64,000 nt of DNA from Balanoglossus misakiensis (taxonomy: Eukaryota > Animalia > Hemichordata): assembly GCA_040954595.2 (NCBI GenBank), contig CM082594.2:11734985-11798984 (forward strand), read 5' to 3'. The translations under genes and the position numbers were made by a program. Of the stretch, positions 1 to 12,400 are shown one piece after another (the stretch's first letter is position 1; the number at the start of each line of letters is the position of its first letter). A model generated the notes under the pieces. The model saw only the letters and a program-made list of their open reading frames with translations. It was not told the DNA's origin and did no database searches.

Positions 1-3000
1 CATTTTTTGAAAAAACCATGGGTTTATAGCTCAGGAAAACGCGAAAAATCGACGATTTTTCGACTTTGCGAATTTTCACATCTCTTGAGAGTCATTTTTT
101 GAAAAAACCATGGGTTATAGCTCAGGAAAATCGCGAAAAATCGACGATTTTTCGACTTTGCGAATTTTCAAAATTTGGTCATTTTTTGAAAAAACCATGG
201 GTTATAGCTCAGGAAAATCGCGAAAAATCGACGATTTTTCGACTTTGCGAATTTTCAAAATTTGGTCATTTTTTGAAAAAACCATGGGTTATAGCTCAGG
301 AAAATCGCGAAAAATCGACGATTTTTCGACTTTGCGAATTTTCAAAATTTGGTCATTTTTTGAAAAAACCATGGGTTATAGCTCAGGAAAATCGCGAAAA
401 ATCGACGATTTTTCGACTTTGCGAATTTTCAAAATTTGGTCATTTTTTGAAAAAACCATGGGTTATAGCTCAGGAAAATCGCGAAAAATCGACGATTTTT
501 CGACTTTGCGAATTTTCAAAATTTGGTCATTTTTTGAAAAAACCATGGGTTATAGCTCAGGAAAATCGCGAAAAATCGACGATTTTTCGACTTTGCGAAT
601 TTTCAAAATTTGGTCATTTTTTGAAAAAACCATGGGTTATAGCTCAGGAAAATCGCGAAAAATCGACGATTTTTCGACTTTGCGAATTTTCAAAATTTGG
701 TCATTTTTTGAAAAAACCATGGGTTATAGCTCAGGAAAATCGCGAAAAATCGACGATTTTTCGACTTTGCGAATTTTCAAAATTTGGTCATTTTTTGAAA
801 AAACCATGGGTTATAGCTCAGGAAAATCGCGAAAAATCGACGATTTTTCGACTTTGCGAATTTTCAAAATTTGGTCATTTTTCGAAAAAACCATGGGTTA
901 TAGCTCAGGAAAATCGCGAAAAATCGACGATTTTTCGACTTTGCGAATTTTCAAAATTTGGTCATTTTTCGAAAAAACCATGGGTTATAGCTCAGGAAAA
1001 TCGCGAAAAATCGACGATTTTTCGACTTTGCGAATTTTCAAAATTTGGTCATTTTTCGAAAAAACCATGGGTTATAGCTCAGGAAAATCGCGAAAAATCG
1101 ACGATTTTTCGACTTTGCGAATTTTCAAAATTTGGTCATTTTTTGAAAAAACCATGGGTTATAGCTCAGGAAAATCGCGAAAAATCGACGATTTTTCGAC
1201 TTTGCGAATTTTCAAAATTTGGTCATTTTTTGAAAAAACCATGGGTTATAGCTCAGGAAAATCGCGAAAAATCGACGATTTTTCGACTTTGCGAATTTTC
1301 AAAATTTGGTCATTTTTTGAAAAAACCATGGGTTATAGCTCAGGAAAATCGCGAAAAATCGACGATTTTTCGACTTTGCGAATTTTCAAAATTTGGTCAT
1401 TTTTTGAAAAAACCATGGGTTATAGCTCAGGAAAATCGCGAAAAATCGACGATTTTTCGACTTTGCGAATTTTCAAAATTTGGTCATTTTTTGAAAAAAC
1501 CATGGGTTATAGCTCAGGAAAATCGCGAAAAATCGACGATTTTTCGACTTTGCGAATTTTCAAAATTTGGTCATTTTTTGAAAAAACCATGGGTTATAGC
1601 TCAGGAAAATCGCGAAAAATCGACGATTTTTCGACTTTGCGAATTTTCAAAATTTGGTCATTTTTTGAAAAAACCATGGGTTATAGCTCAGGAAAATCGC
1701 GAAAAATCGACGATTTTTCGACTTTGCGAATTTTCAAAATTTGGTCATTTTTTGAAAAAACCATGGGTTATAGCTCAGGAAAATCGCGAAAAATCGACGA
1801 TTTTTCGACTTTGCGAATTTTCAAAATTTGGTCATTTTTTGAAAAAACCATGGGTTATAGCTCAGGAAAATCGCGAAAAATCGACGATTTTTCGACTTTG
1901 CGAATTTTCAAAATTTGGTCATTTTTTGAAAAAACCATGGGTTATAGCTCAGGAAAATCGCGAAAATCGACGATTTTTCGACTTTGCGAATTTTCAAAAT
2001 TTGGTCATTTTTTGAAAAAACCATGGGTTATAGCTCAGGAAAATCGCGAAAAATCGACGATTTTTCGACTTTGCGAATTTTCAAAATTTGGTCATTTTTT
2101 GAAAAAACCATGGGTTATAGCTCAGGAAAATCGCGAAAAATCGACGATTTTTCGACTTTGCGAATTTTCAAAATTTGGTCATTTTTTGAAAAAACCATGG
2201 GTTATAGCTCAGGAAAATCGCGAAAAATCGACGATTTTTCGACTTTGCGAATTTTCAAAATTTGGTCATTTTTTGAAAAAACCATGGGTTATAGCTCAGG
2301 AAAATCGCGAAAAATCGACGATTTTTCGACTTTGCGAATTTTCAAAATTTGGTCATTTTTTGAAAAAACCATGGGTTATAGCTCAGGAAAATCGCGAAAA
2401 ATCGACGATTTTTCGACTTTGCGAATTTTCAAAATTTGGTCATTTTTTGAAAAAACCATGGGTTATAGCTCAGGAAAATCGCGAAAAATCGACGATTTTT
2501 CGACTTTGCGAATTTTCAAAATTTGGTCATTTTTTGAAAAAACCATGGGTTATAGCTCAGGAAAATCGCGAAAAATCGACGATTTTTCGACTTTGCGAAT
2601 TTTCAAAATTTGGTCATTTTTTGAAAAAACCATGGGTTATAGCTCAGGAAAATCGCGAAAAATCGACGATTTTTCGACTTTGCGAATTTTCAAAATTTGG
2701 TCATTTTTTGAAAAAACCATGGGTTATAGCTCAGGAAAATCGCGAAAAATCGACGATTTTTCGACTTTGCGAATTTTCAAAATTTGGTCATTTTTTGAAA
2801 AAACCATGGGTTATAGCTCAGGAAAATCGCGAAAAATCGACGATTTTTCGACTTTGCGAATTTTCAAAATTTGGTCATTTTTTGAAAAAACCATGGGTTA
2901 TAGCTCAGGAAAATCGCGAAAAATCGACGATTTTTCGACTTTGCGAATTTTCAAAATTTGGTCATTTTTTGAAAAAACCATGGGTTATAGCTCAGGAAAA

Positions 3001-6000
3001 TCGCGAAAAATCGACGATTTTTCGCTTTGCCGATTTTTGAAAATTTGGTCATTTTTTGAAAAAACCATGGGTTATAGCTCAGGAAAATCGCGAAAAATCG
3101 ACGATTTTTCGACTTTGCGAATTTTGAAAATTTGGTCATTTTTTGAAAAAACCATGGGTTATAGCTCAGGAAAATCGCGAAAAATCGACGATTTTTCGAC
3201 TTTGCGAATTTTGAAAATTTGGTCATTTTTTGAAAAAACCATGGGTTATAGCTCAGGAAAATCGCGAAAAATCGACGATTTTTCGACTTTGCGAATTTTG
3301 AAAATTTGGTCATTTTTTGAAAAAACCATGGGTTATAGCTCAGGAAAATCGCGAAAAATCGACGATTTTTCGACTTTGCGAATTTTGAAAATTTGGTCAT
3401 TTTTTGAAAAAACCATGGGTTATAGCTCAGGAAAATCGCGAAAAATCGACGATTTTTCGACTTTGCGAATTTTGAAAATTTGGTCATTTTTTGAAAAAAC
3501 CATGGGTTATAGCTCAGGAAAATCGCGAAAAATCGACGATTTTTCGACTTTGCGAATTTTGAAAATTTGGTCATTTTTTGAAAAAACCATGGGTTATAGC
3601 TCAGGAAAATCGCGAAAAATCGACGATTTTTCGACTTTGCGAATTTTGAAAATTTGGTCATTTTTTGAAAAAACCATGGGTTATAGCTCAGGAAAATCGC
3701 GAAAAATCGACGATTTTTCGACTTTGCGAATTTTGAAAATTTGGTCATTTTTTGAAAAAACCATGGGTTATAGCTCAGGAAAATCGCGAAAAATCGACGA
3801 TTTTTCGACTTTGCGAATTTTGAAAATTTGGTCATTTTTTGAAAAAACCATGGGTTATAGCTCAGGAAAATCGCGAAAAATCGACGATTTTTCGACTTTG
3901 CGAATTTTGAAAATTTGGTCATTTTTTGAAAAAACCATGGGTTATAGCTCAGGAAAATCGCGAAAAATCGACGATTTTTCGACTTTGCGAATTTTGAAAA
4001 TTTGGTCATTTTTTGAAAAAACCATGGGTTATAGCTCAGGAAAATCGCGAAAAATCGACGATTTTTCGACTTTGCGAATTTTGAAAATTTGGTCATTTTT
4101 TGAAAAAACCATGGGTTATAGCTCAGGAAAATCGCGAAAAATCGACGATTTTTCGACTTTGCGAATTTTGAAAATTTGGTCATTTTTTGAAAAAACCATG
4201 GGTTATAGCTCAGGAAAATCGCGAAAAATCGACGATTTTTCGACTTTGCGAATTTTCAAAATTTGGTCATTTTTTGAAAAAACCATGGGTTATAGCTCAG
4301 GAAAATCGCGAAAAATCGACGATTTTTCGACTTTGCGAATTTTCAAAATTTGGTCATTTTTTGAAAAAACCATGGGTTATAGCTCAGGAAAATCGCGAAA
4401 AATCGACGATTTTTCGACTTTGCGAATTTTGAAAATTTGGTCATTTTTTGAAAAAACCATGGGTTATAGCTCAGGAAAATCGCGAAAAATCGACGATTTT
4501 TCGACTTTGCGAATTTTGAAAATTTGGTCATTTTTTGAAAAAACCATGGGTTATAGCTCAGGAAAATCGCGAAAAATCGACGATTTTTCGACTTTGCGAA
4601 TTTTCAAAATTTGGTCATTTTTTGAAAAAACCATGGGTTATAGCTCAGGAAAATCGCGAAAAATCGACGATTTTTCGACTTTGCGAATTTTCAAAATTTG
4701 GTCATTTTTTGAAAAAACCATGGGTTATAGCTCAGGAAAATCGCGAAAAATCGACGATTTTTCGACTTTGCGAATTTTCAAAATTTGGTCATTTTTTGAA
4801 AAAACCATGGGTTATAGCTCAGGAAAATCGCGAAAAATCGACGATTTTTCGACTTTGCGAATTTTGAAAATTTGGTCATTTTTTGAAAAAACCATGGGTT
4901 ATAGCTCAGGAAAATCGCGAAAAATCGACGATTTTTCGACTTTGCGAATTTTGAAAATTTGGTCTTTTTTGAAAAAACCATGGGTTATAGCTCAGGAAAA
5001 TCGCGAAAAATCGACGATTTTTCGACTTTGCGAATTTTCAAAATTTGGTCATTTTTGAAAAAACCATGGGTTATAGCTCAGGAAAATCGCGAAAAATCGA
5101 CGATTTTTCGACTTTGCGAATTTTCAAAATTTGGTCATTTTTTGAAAAAACCATGGGTTATAGCTCAGGAAAATCGCGAAAAATCGACGATTTTTCGACT
5201 TTGCGAATTTTCAAAATTTGGTCATTTTTTTGAAAAAAACCATGGGTTATAGCTCAGGAAAATCGCGAAAAATCGACGATTTTTCGACTTTGCGAATTTT
5301 CAAAATTTGGTCCTTTTTTGATAAAAACCATGGGTTATAGCTCATGAAAATCTTCCAATATCGACGATTTTTCGAGTTCGCGAATTTTCAAAATTTGGTC
5401 CTTTTTTGATAAAAACCATGGGTTATAGCTCATGAAAATCTTCCAAAATCGACGATTTTTCGAGTTCGCGAATTTTCGAAATTTGGTCCTTTTTTGATAA
5501 AAACCATGGGTTATAGCTCATGAAAATCGCGAAAAATCGACGATTTTTCGACTTTGCGAATTTTGAAAATTTGGTCATTTTTTTGAAAAAACCATGGGTT
5601 ATAGCTCAGGAAAATCGCGAAAATCGACGATTTTTCGAGTTCGCGAATTTTCAAAATTTGGTACTTTTTTGATAAAAACCATGGGTTATAGCTCATGAAA
5701 ATCTTCCAAAAATCGACGATTTTTCGAGTTCGCGAATTTTCTAAATTTGGTCCTTTTTTGATAAAAACCATGGGTTATAGCTCAGGAAAATCGCGAAAAA
5801 TCGACGATTTTTCGACTTTGCGAATTTTGAAATTTGGTCATTTTTTGAAAAAACCATGGGTTATAGCTCAGGAAAATCGCGAAAAATCGACGATTTTTCG
5901 ACTTTGCGAATTTTGAAAAATTTGGTCATTTTTTGAAAAAACCATGGGTTATAGCTCAGGAAAATCGCGAAAAATCGACGATTTTTCGACTTTGCGAATT

Positions 6001-7492
6001 TTGAAAATTTGGTCATTTTTTGAAAAAACCATGGGTTATAGCTCAGGAAAATCGCGAAAAATCGACGATTTTTCGACTTTGCGAATTTTGAAAATTTGGT
6101 CATTTTTTGAAAAAACCATGGGTTATAGCTCAGGATAATCGCGAAAAATCGACGATTTTTCGACTTTGCGAATTTTGAAAATTTGGTCATTTTTTGAAAA
6201 AACCGTGGGTTATAGCTCAGGAAAATCGCGAAAAATCGACGATTTTTCGACTTTGCGAAATTTTGAAAATTTGGTCATTTTTTGAAAAAACCGTGGGTTA
6301 TAGCTCAGGAAAATCGCGAAAAATCGACGATTTTTCGACTTTGCGAATTTTGAAAATTTGGTCATTTTTTGAAAAACCGTGGGTTATAGCTCAGGAAAAT
6401 CGCGAAAAATCGACGATTTTTCGACTTTGCGAATTTTGAAAATTTGGTCATTTTTTGAAAAAAACCATGGGTTATAGCTCAGGAAAATCGCGAAAAATCG
6501 ACGATTTTTGACTTTGCGAATTTTGAAAATTTGGTCATTTTTTTGAAAAAACCATGGGTTATAGCTCAGGAAAATCGCGAAAATCGACGATTTTTCGACT
6601 TTGCGAATTTTGAAAATTTGGTCATTTTTTGAAAAAACCATGGGTTATAGCTCAGGAAAATCGCGAAAAATCGACGATTTTTCGACTTTGCGAATTTTGA
6701 AAATTTGGTCATTTTTTGAAAAAACCATGGGTTATAGCTCAGGAAAATCGCGAAAAATCGACGATTTTTCGACTTTGCGAATTTTCAAAATTTGGTCATT
6801 TTTTGAAAAAACCATGGGTTATAGCTCAGGAAAATCGCGAAAAATCGACGATTTTTCGACTTTGCGAATTTTCAAAATTTGGTCATTTTTTGAAAAAACC
6901 ATGGGTTATAGCTCAGGAAAATCGCGAAAAATCGACGATTTTTCGACTTTGCGAATTTTCAAAATTTGGTCATTTTTTGAAAAAACCATGGGTTATAGCT
7001 CAGGAAAATCGCGAAAAATCGACGATTTTTCGACTTTGCGAATTTTGAAAATTTGGTCATTTTTTGAAAAAACCATGGGTTATAGCTCAGGAAAATCGCG
7101 AAAAATCGACGATTTTTCGACTTTGCGAATTTTGAAAATTTGGTCATTTTTTGAAAAAACCATGGGTTATAGCTCAGGAAAATCGCGAAAAATCGACGAT
7201 TTTTCGACTTTGCGAATTTTCAAAATTTGGTCATTTTTTGAAAAAACCATGGGTTATAGCTCAGGAAAATCGCGAAAAATCGACGATTTTTCGACTTTGC
7301 GAATTTTCAAAATTTGGTCATTTTTTGAAAAAACCATGGGTTATAGCTCAGGAAAATCGCGAAAAATCGACGATTTTTCGACTTTGCGAATTTTCAAAAT
7401 TTGGTCATTTTTTGAAAAAACCATGGGTTATAGCTCAGGAAAATCGCGAAAAATCGACGATTTTTCGACTTTGCGAATTTTCAAAATTTGGT

Positions 7493-9498
7493 CCTTTTTT
7501 GATAAAAACCATGGGTTATAGCTCATGAAAATCTTCCAATATCGACGATTTTTCGAGTTCGCGAATTTTCAAAATTTGGTCCTTTTTTGATAAAAACCAT
7601 GGGTTATAGCTCATGAAAATCTTCCAAAATCGACGATTTTTCGAGTTCGCGAATTTTCGAAATTTGGTCCTTTTTTGATAAAAACCATGGGTTATAGCTC
7701 ATGAAAATCGCGAAAAATCGACGATTTTTCGACTTTGCGAATTTTCAAAATTTGGTCATTTTTTGAAAAAACCATGGGTTATAGCTCAGGAAAATCGCGA
7801 AAAATCGACGATTTTTCGAGTTCGCGAATTTTCAAAATTTGGTACTTTTTTGATAAAAACCATGGGTTATAGCTCATGAAAATCTTCCAAAATCGACGAT
7901 TTTTCGAGTTCGCGAATTTTCGAAATTTGGTCCTTTTTTGATAAAAACCATGGGTTATAGCTCATGAAAATCGCGAAAAATCGACGATTTTTCGACTTTG
8001 CGAATTTTGAAAATTTGGTCATTTTTTGAAAAAACCATGGGTTATAGCTCAGGAAAATCGCGAAAAATCGACGATTTTTCGACTTTGCGAATTTTGAAAA
8101 TTTGGTCATTTTTTGAAAAAACCATGGGTTATAGCTCAGGAAAATCGCGAAAAATCGACGATTTTTCGACTTTGCGAATTTTGAAAATTTGGTCATTTTT
8201 TGAAAAAACCATGGGTTATAGCTCAGGAAAATCGCGAAAAATCGACGATTTTTCGACTTTGCGAATTTTGAAAATTTGGTCATTTTTTGAAAAAACCATG
8301 GGTTATAGCTCAGGAAAATCGCGAAAAATCGACGATTTTTCGACTTTGCGAATTTTGAAAATTTGGTCATTTTTTGAAAAAACCATGGGTTATAGCTCAG
8401 GAAAATCGCGAAAAATCGACGATTTTTCGACTTTGCGAATTTTGAAAATTTGGTCATTTTTTGAAAAAACCATGGGTTATAGCTCAGGAAAATCGCGAAA
8501 AATCGACGATTTTTCGACTTTGCGAATTTTGAAAATTTGGTCATTTTTTGAAAAAACCGTGGGTTATAGCTCAGGAAAATCGCGAAAAATCGACGATTTT
8601 TCGACTTTGCGAATTTTGAAAATTTGGTCATTTTTTGAAAAAACCGTGGGTTATAGCTCAGGAAAATCGCGAAAAATCGACGATTTTTCGACTTTGCGAA
8701 TTTTGAAAATTTGGTCATTTTTTGAAAAAACCGTGGGTTATAGCTCAGGAAAATCGCGAAAAATCGACGATTTTTCGACTTTGCGAATTTTGAAAATTTG
8801 GTCATTTTTTGAAAAAACCATGGGTTATAGCTCAGGAAAATCGCGAAAAATCGACGATTTTTCGACTTTGCGAATTTTGAAAATTTGGTCATTTTTTGAA
8901 AAAACCATGGGTTATAGCTCAGGAAAATCGCGAAAAATCGACGATTTTTCGACTTTGCGAATTTTCAAAATTTGGTCATTTTTTGAAAAAACCATGGGTT
9001 ATAGCTCAGGAAAATCGCGAAAAATCGACGATATTTCGACTTTGCGAATTTTCAAAATTTGGTCATTTTTTGAAAAAACCATGGGTTATAGCTCAGGAAA
9101 ATCGCGAAAAATCGACGATTTTTCGACTTTGCGAATTTTGAAAATTTGGTCATTTTTTGAAAAAACCATGGGTTATAGCTCAGGAAAATCGCGAAAAATC
9201 GACGATTTTTCGACTTTGCGAATTTTCAAAATTTGGTCATTTTTTGAAAAAACCATGGGTTATAGCTCAGGAAAATCGCGAAAAATCGACGATTTTTCGA
9301 CTTTGCGAATTTTCAAAATTTGGTCATTTTTTGAAAAAACCATGGGTTATAGCTCAGGAAAATCGCGAAAAATCGACGATTTTTCGACTTTGCGAATTTT
9401 CAAAATTTGGTCATTTTTTGAAAAAACCATGGGTTATAGCTCAGGAAAATCGCGAAAAATCGACGATTTTTCGACTTTGCGAATTTTCAAAATTTGGT
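7493..9498. repeat. One complete 2006-bp higher-order repeat unit (23 monomers) of the satellite
   Basis: The variant cassette starts at 7493 and 9499 (2006 apart = 23x87+5). The ccgtgg triplets (8557-8736 vs 10563-10742) and the gatattt variant (~9030 vs ~11036) recur at the same offset. A noisier, longer copy starts at 5312. Confidence 0.93.
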
Positions 9499-12400
9499 CC
9501 TTTTTTGATAAAAACCATGGGTTATAGCTCATGAAAATCTTCCAATATCGACGATTTTTCGAGTTCGCGAATTTTCAAAATTTGGTCCTTTTTTGATAAA
9601 AACCATGGGTTATAGCTCATGAAAATCTTCCAAAATCGACGATTTTTCGAGTTCGCGAATTTTCGAAATTTGGTCCTTTTTTGATAAAAACCATGGGTTA
9701 TAGCTCATGAAAATCGCGAAAAATCGACGATTTTTCGACTTTGCGAATTTTCAAAATTTGGTCATTTTTTGAAAAAACCATGGGTTATAGCTCAGGAAAA
9801 TCGCGAAAAATCGACGATTTTTCGAGTTCGCGAATTTTCAAAATTTGGTACTTTTTTGATAAAAACCATGGGTTATAGCTCATGAAAATCTTCCAAAATC
9901 GACGATTTTTCGAGTTCGCGAATTTTCGAAATTTGGTCCTTTTTTGATAAAAACCATGGGTTATAGCTCATGAAAATCGCGAAAAATCGACGATTTTTCG
10001 ACTTTGCGAATTTTGAAAATTTGGTCATTTTTTGAAAAAACCATGGGTTATAGCTCAGGAAAATCGCGAAAAATCGACGATTTTTCGACTTTGCGAATTT
10101 TGAAAATTTGGTCATTTTTTGAAAAAACCATGGGTTATAGCTCAGGAAAATCGCGAAAAATCGACGATTTTTCGACTTTGCGAATTTTGAAAATTTGGTC
10201 ATTTTTTGAAAAAACCATGGGTTATAGCTCAGGAAAATCGCGAAAAATCGACGATTTTTCGACTTTGCGAATTTTGAAAATTTGGTCATTTTTTGAAAAA
10301 ACCATGGGTTATAGCTCAGGAAAATCGCGAAAAATCGACGATTTTTCGACTTTGCGAATTTTGAAAATTTGGTCATTTTTTGAAAAAACCATGGGTTATA
10401 GCTCAGGAAAATCGCGAAAAATCGACGATTTTTCGACTTTGCGAATTTTGAAAATTTGGTCATTTTTTGAAAAAACCATGGGTTATAGCTCAGGAAAATC
10501 GCGAAAAATCGACGATTTTTCGACTTTGCGAATTTTGAAAATTTGGTCATTTTTTGAAAAAACCGTGGGTTATAGCTCAGGAAAATCGCGAAAAATCGAC
10601 GATTTTTCGACTTTGCGAATTTTGAAAATTTGGTCATTTTTTGAAAAAACCGTGGGTTATAGCTCAGGAAAATCGCGAAAAATCGACGATTTTTCGACTT
10701 TGCGAATTTTGAAAATTTGGTCATTTTTTGAAAAAACCGTGGGTTATAGCTCAGGAAAATCGCGAAAAATCGACGATTTTTCGACTTTGCGAATTTTGAA
10801 AATTTGGTCATTTTTTGAAAAAACCATGGGTTATAGCTCAGGAAAATCGCGAAAAATCGACGATTTTTCGACTTTGCGAATTTTGAAAATTTGGTCATTT
10901 TTTGAAAAAACCATGGGTTATAGCTCAGGAAAATCGCGAAAAATCGACGATTTTTCGACTTTGCGAATTTTCAAAATTTGGTCATTTTTTGAAAAAACCA
11001 TGGGTTATAGCTCAGGAAAATCGCGAAAAATCGACGATATTTCGACTTTGCGAATTTTCAAAATTTGGTCATTTTTTGAAAAAACCATGGGTTATAGCTC
11101 AGGAAAATCGCGAAAAATCGACGATTTTTCGACTTTGCGAATTTTGAAAATTTGGTCATTTTTTGAAAAAACCATGGGTTATAGCTCAGGAAAATCGCGA
11201 AAAATCGACGATTTTTCGACTTTGCGAATTTTGAAAATTTGGTCATTTTTTGAAAAAACCATGGGTTATAGCTCAGGAAAATCGCGAAAAATCGACGATT
11301 TTTCGACTTTGCGAATTTTGAAAATTTGGTCATTTTTTGAAAAAACCATGGGTTATAGCTCAGGAAAATCGCGAAAAATCGACGATTTTTCGACTTTGCG
11401 AATTTTCAAAATTTGGTCATTTTTTGAAAAAACCATGGGTTATAGCTCAGGAAAATCGCGAAAAATCGACGATTTTTCGACTTTGCGAATTTTCAAAATT
11501 TGGTCATTTTTTGAAAAAACCATGGGTTATAGCTCAGGAAAATCGCGAAAAATCGACGATTTTTCGACTTTGCGAATTTTGAAAATTTGGTCATTTTTTG
11601 AAAAAACCATGGGTTATAGCTCAGGAAAATCGCGAAAAATCGACGATTTTTCGACTTTGCGAATTTTGAAAATTTGGTCATTTTTTGAAAAAACCATGGG
11701 TTATAGCTCAGGAAAATCGCGAAAAATCGACGATTTTTCGACTTTGCGAATTTTGAAAATTTGGTCATTTTTTGAAAAAACCATGGGTTATAGCTCAGGA
11801 AAATCGCGAAAAATCGACGATTTTTCGACTTTGCGAATTTTGAAAATTTGGTCATTTTTTGAAAAAACCATGGGTTATAGCTCAGGAAAATCGCGAAAAA
11901 TCGACGATTTTTCGACTTTGCGAATTTTGAAAATTTGGTCATTTTTTGAAAAAACCATGGGTTATAGCTCAGGAAAATCGCGAAAAATCGACGATTTTTC
12001 GACTTTGCGAATTTTGAAAATTTGGTCATTTTTTGAAAAAACCATGGGTTATAGCTCAGGAAAATCGCGAAAAATCGACGATTTTTCGACTTTGCGAATT
12101 TTGAAAATTTGGTCATTTTTTGAAAAAACCATGGGTTATAGCTCAGGAAAATCGCGAAAAATCGACGATTTTTCGACTTTGCGAATTTTGAAAATTTGGT
12201 CATTTTTTGAAAAAACCATGGGTTATAGCTCAGGAAAATCGCGAAAAATCGACGATTTTTCGACTTTGCGAATTTTGAAAATTTGGTCATTTTTTGAAAA
12301 AACCATGGGTTATAGCTCAGGAAAATCGCGAAAAATCGACGATTTTTCGACTTTGCGAATTTTGAAAATTTGGTCATTTTTTGAAAAAACCATGGGTTAT

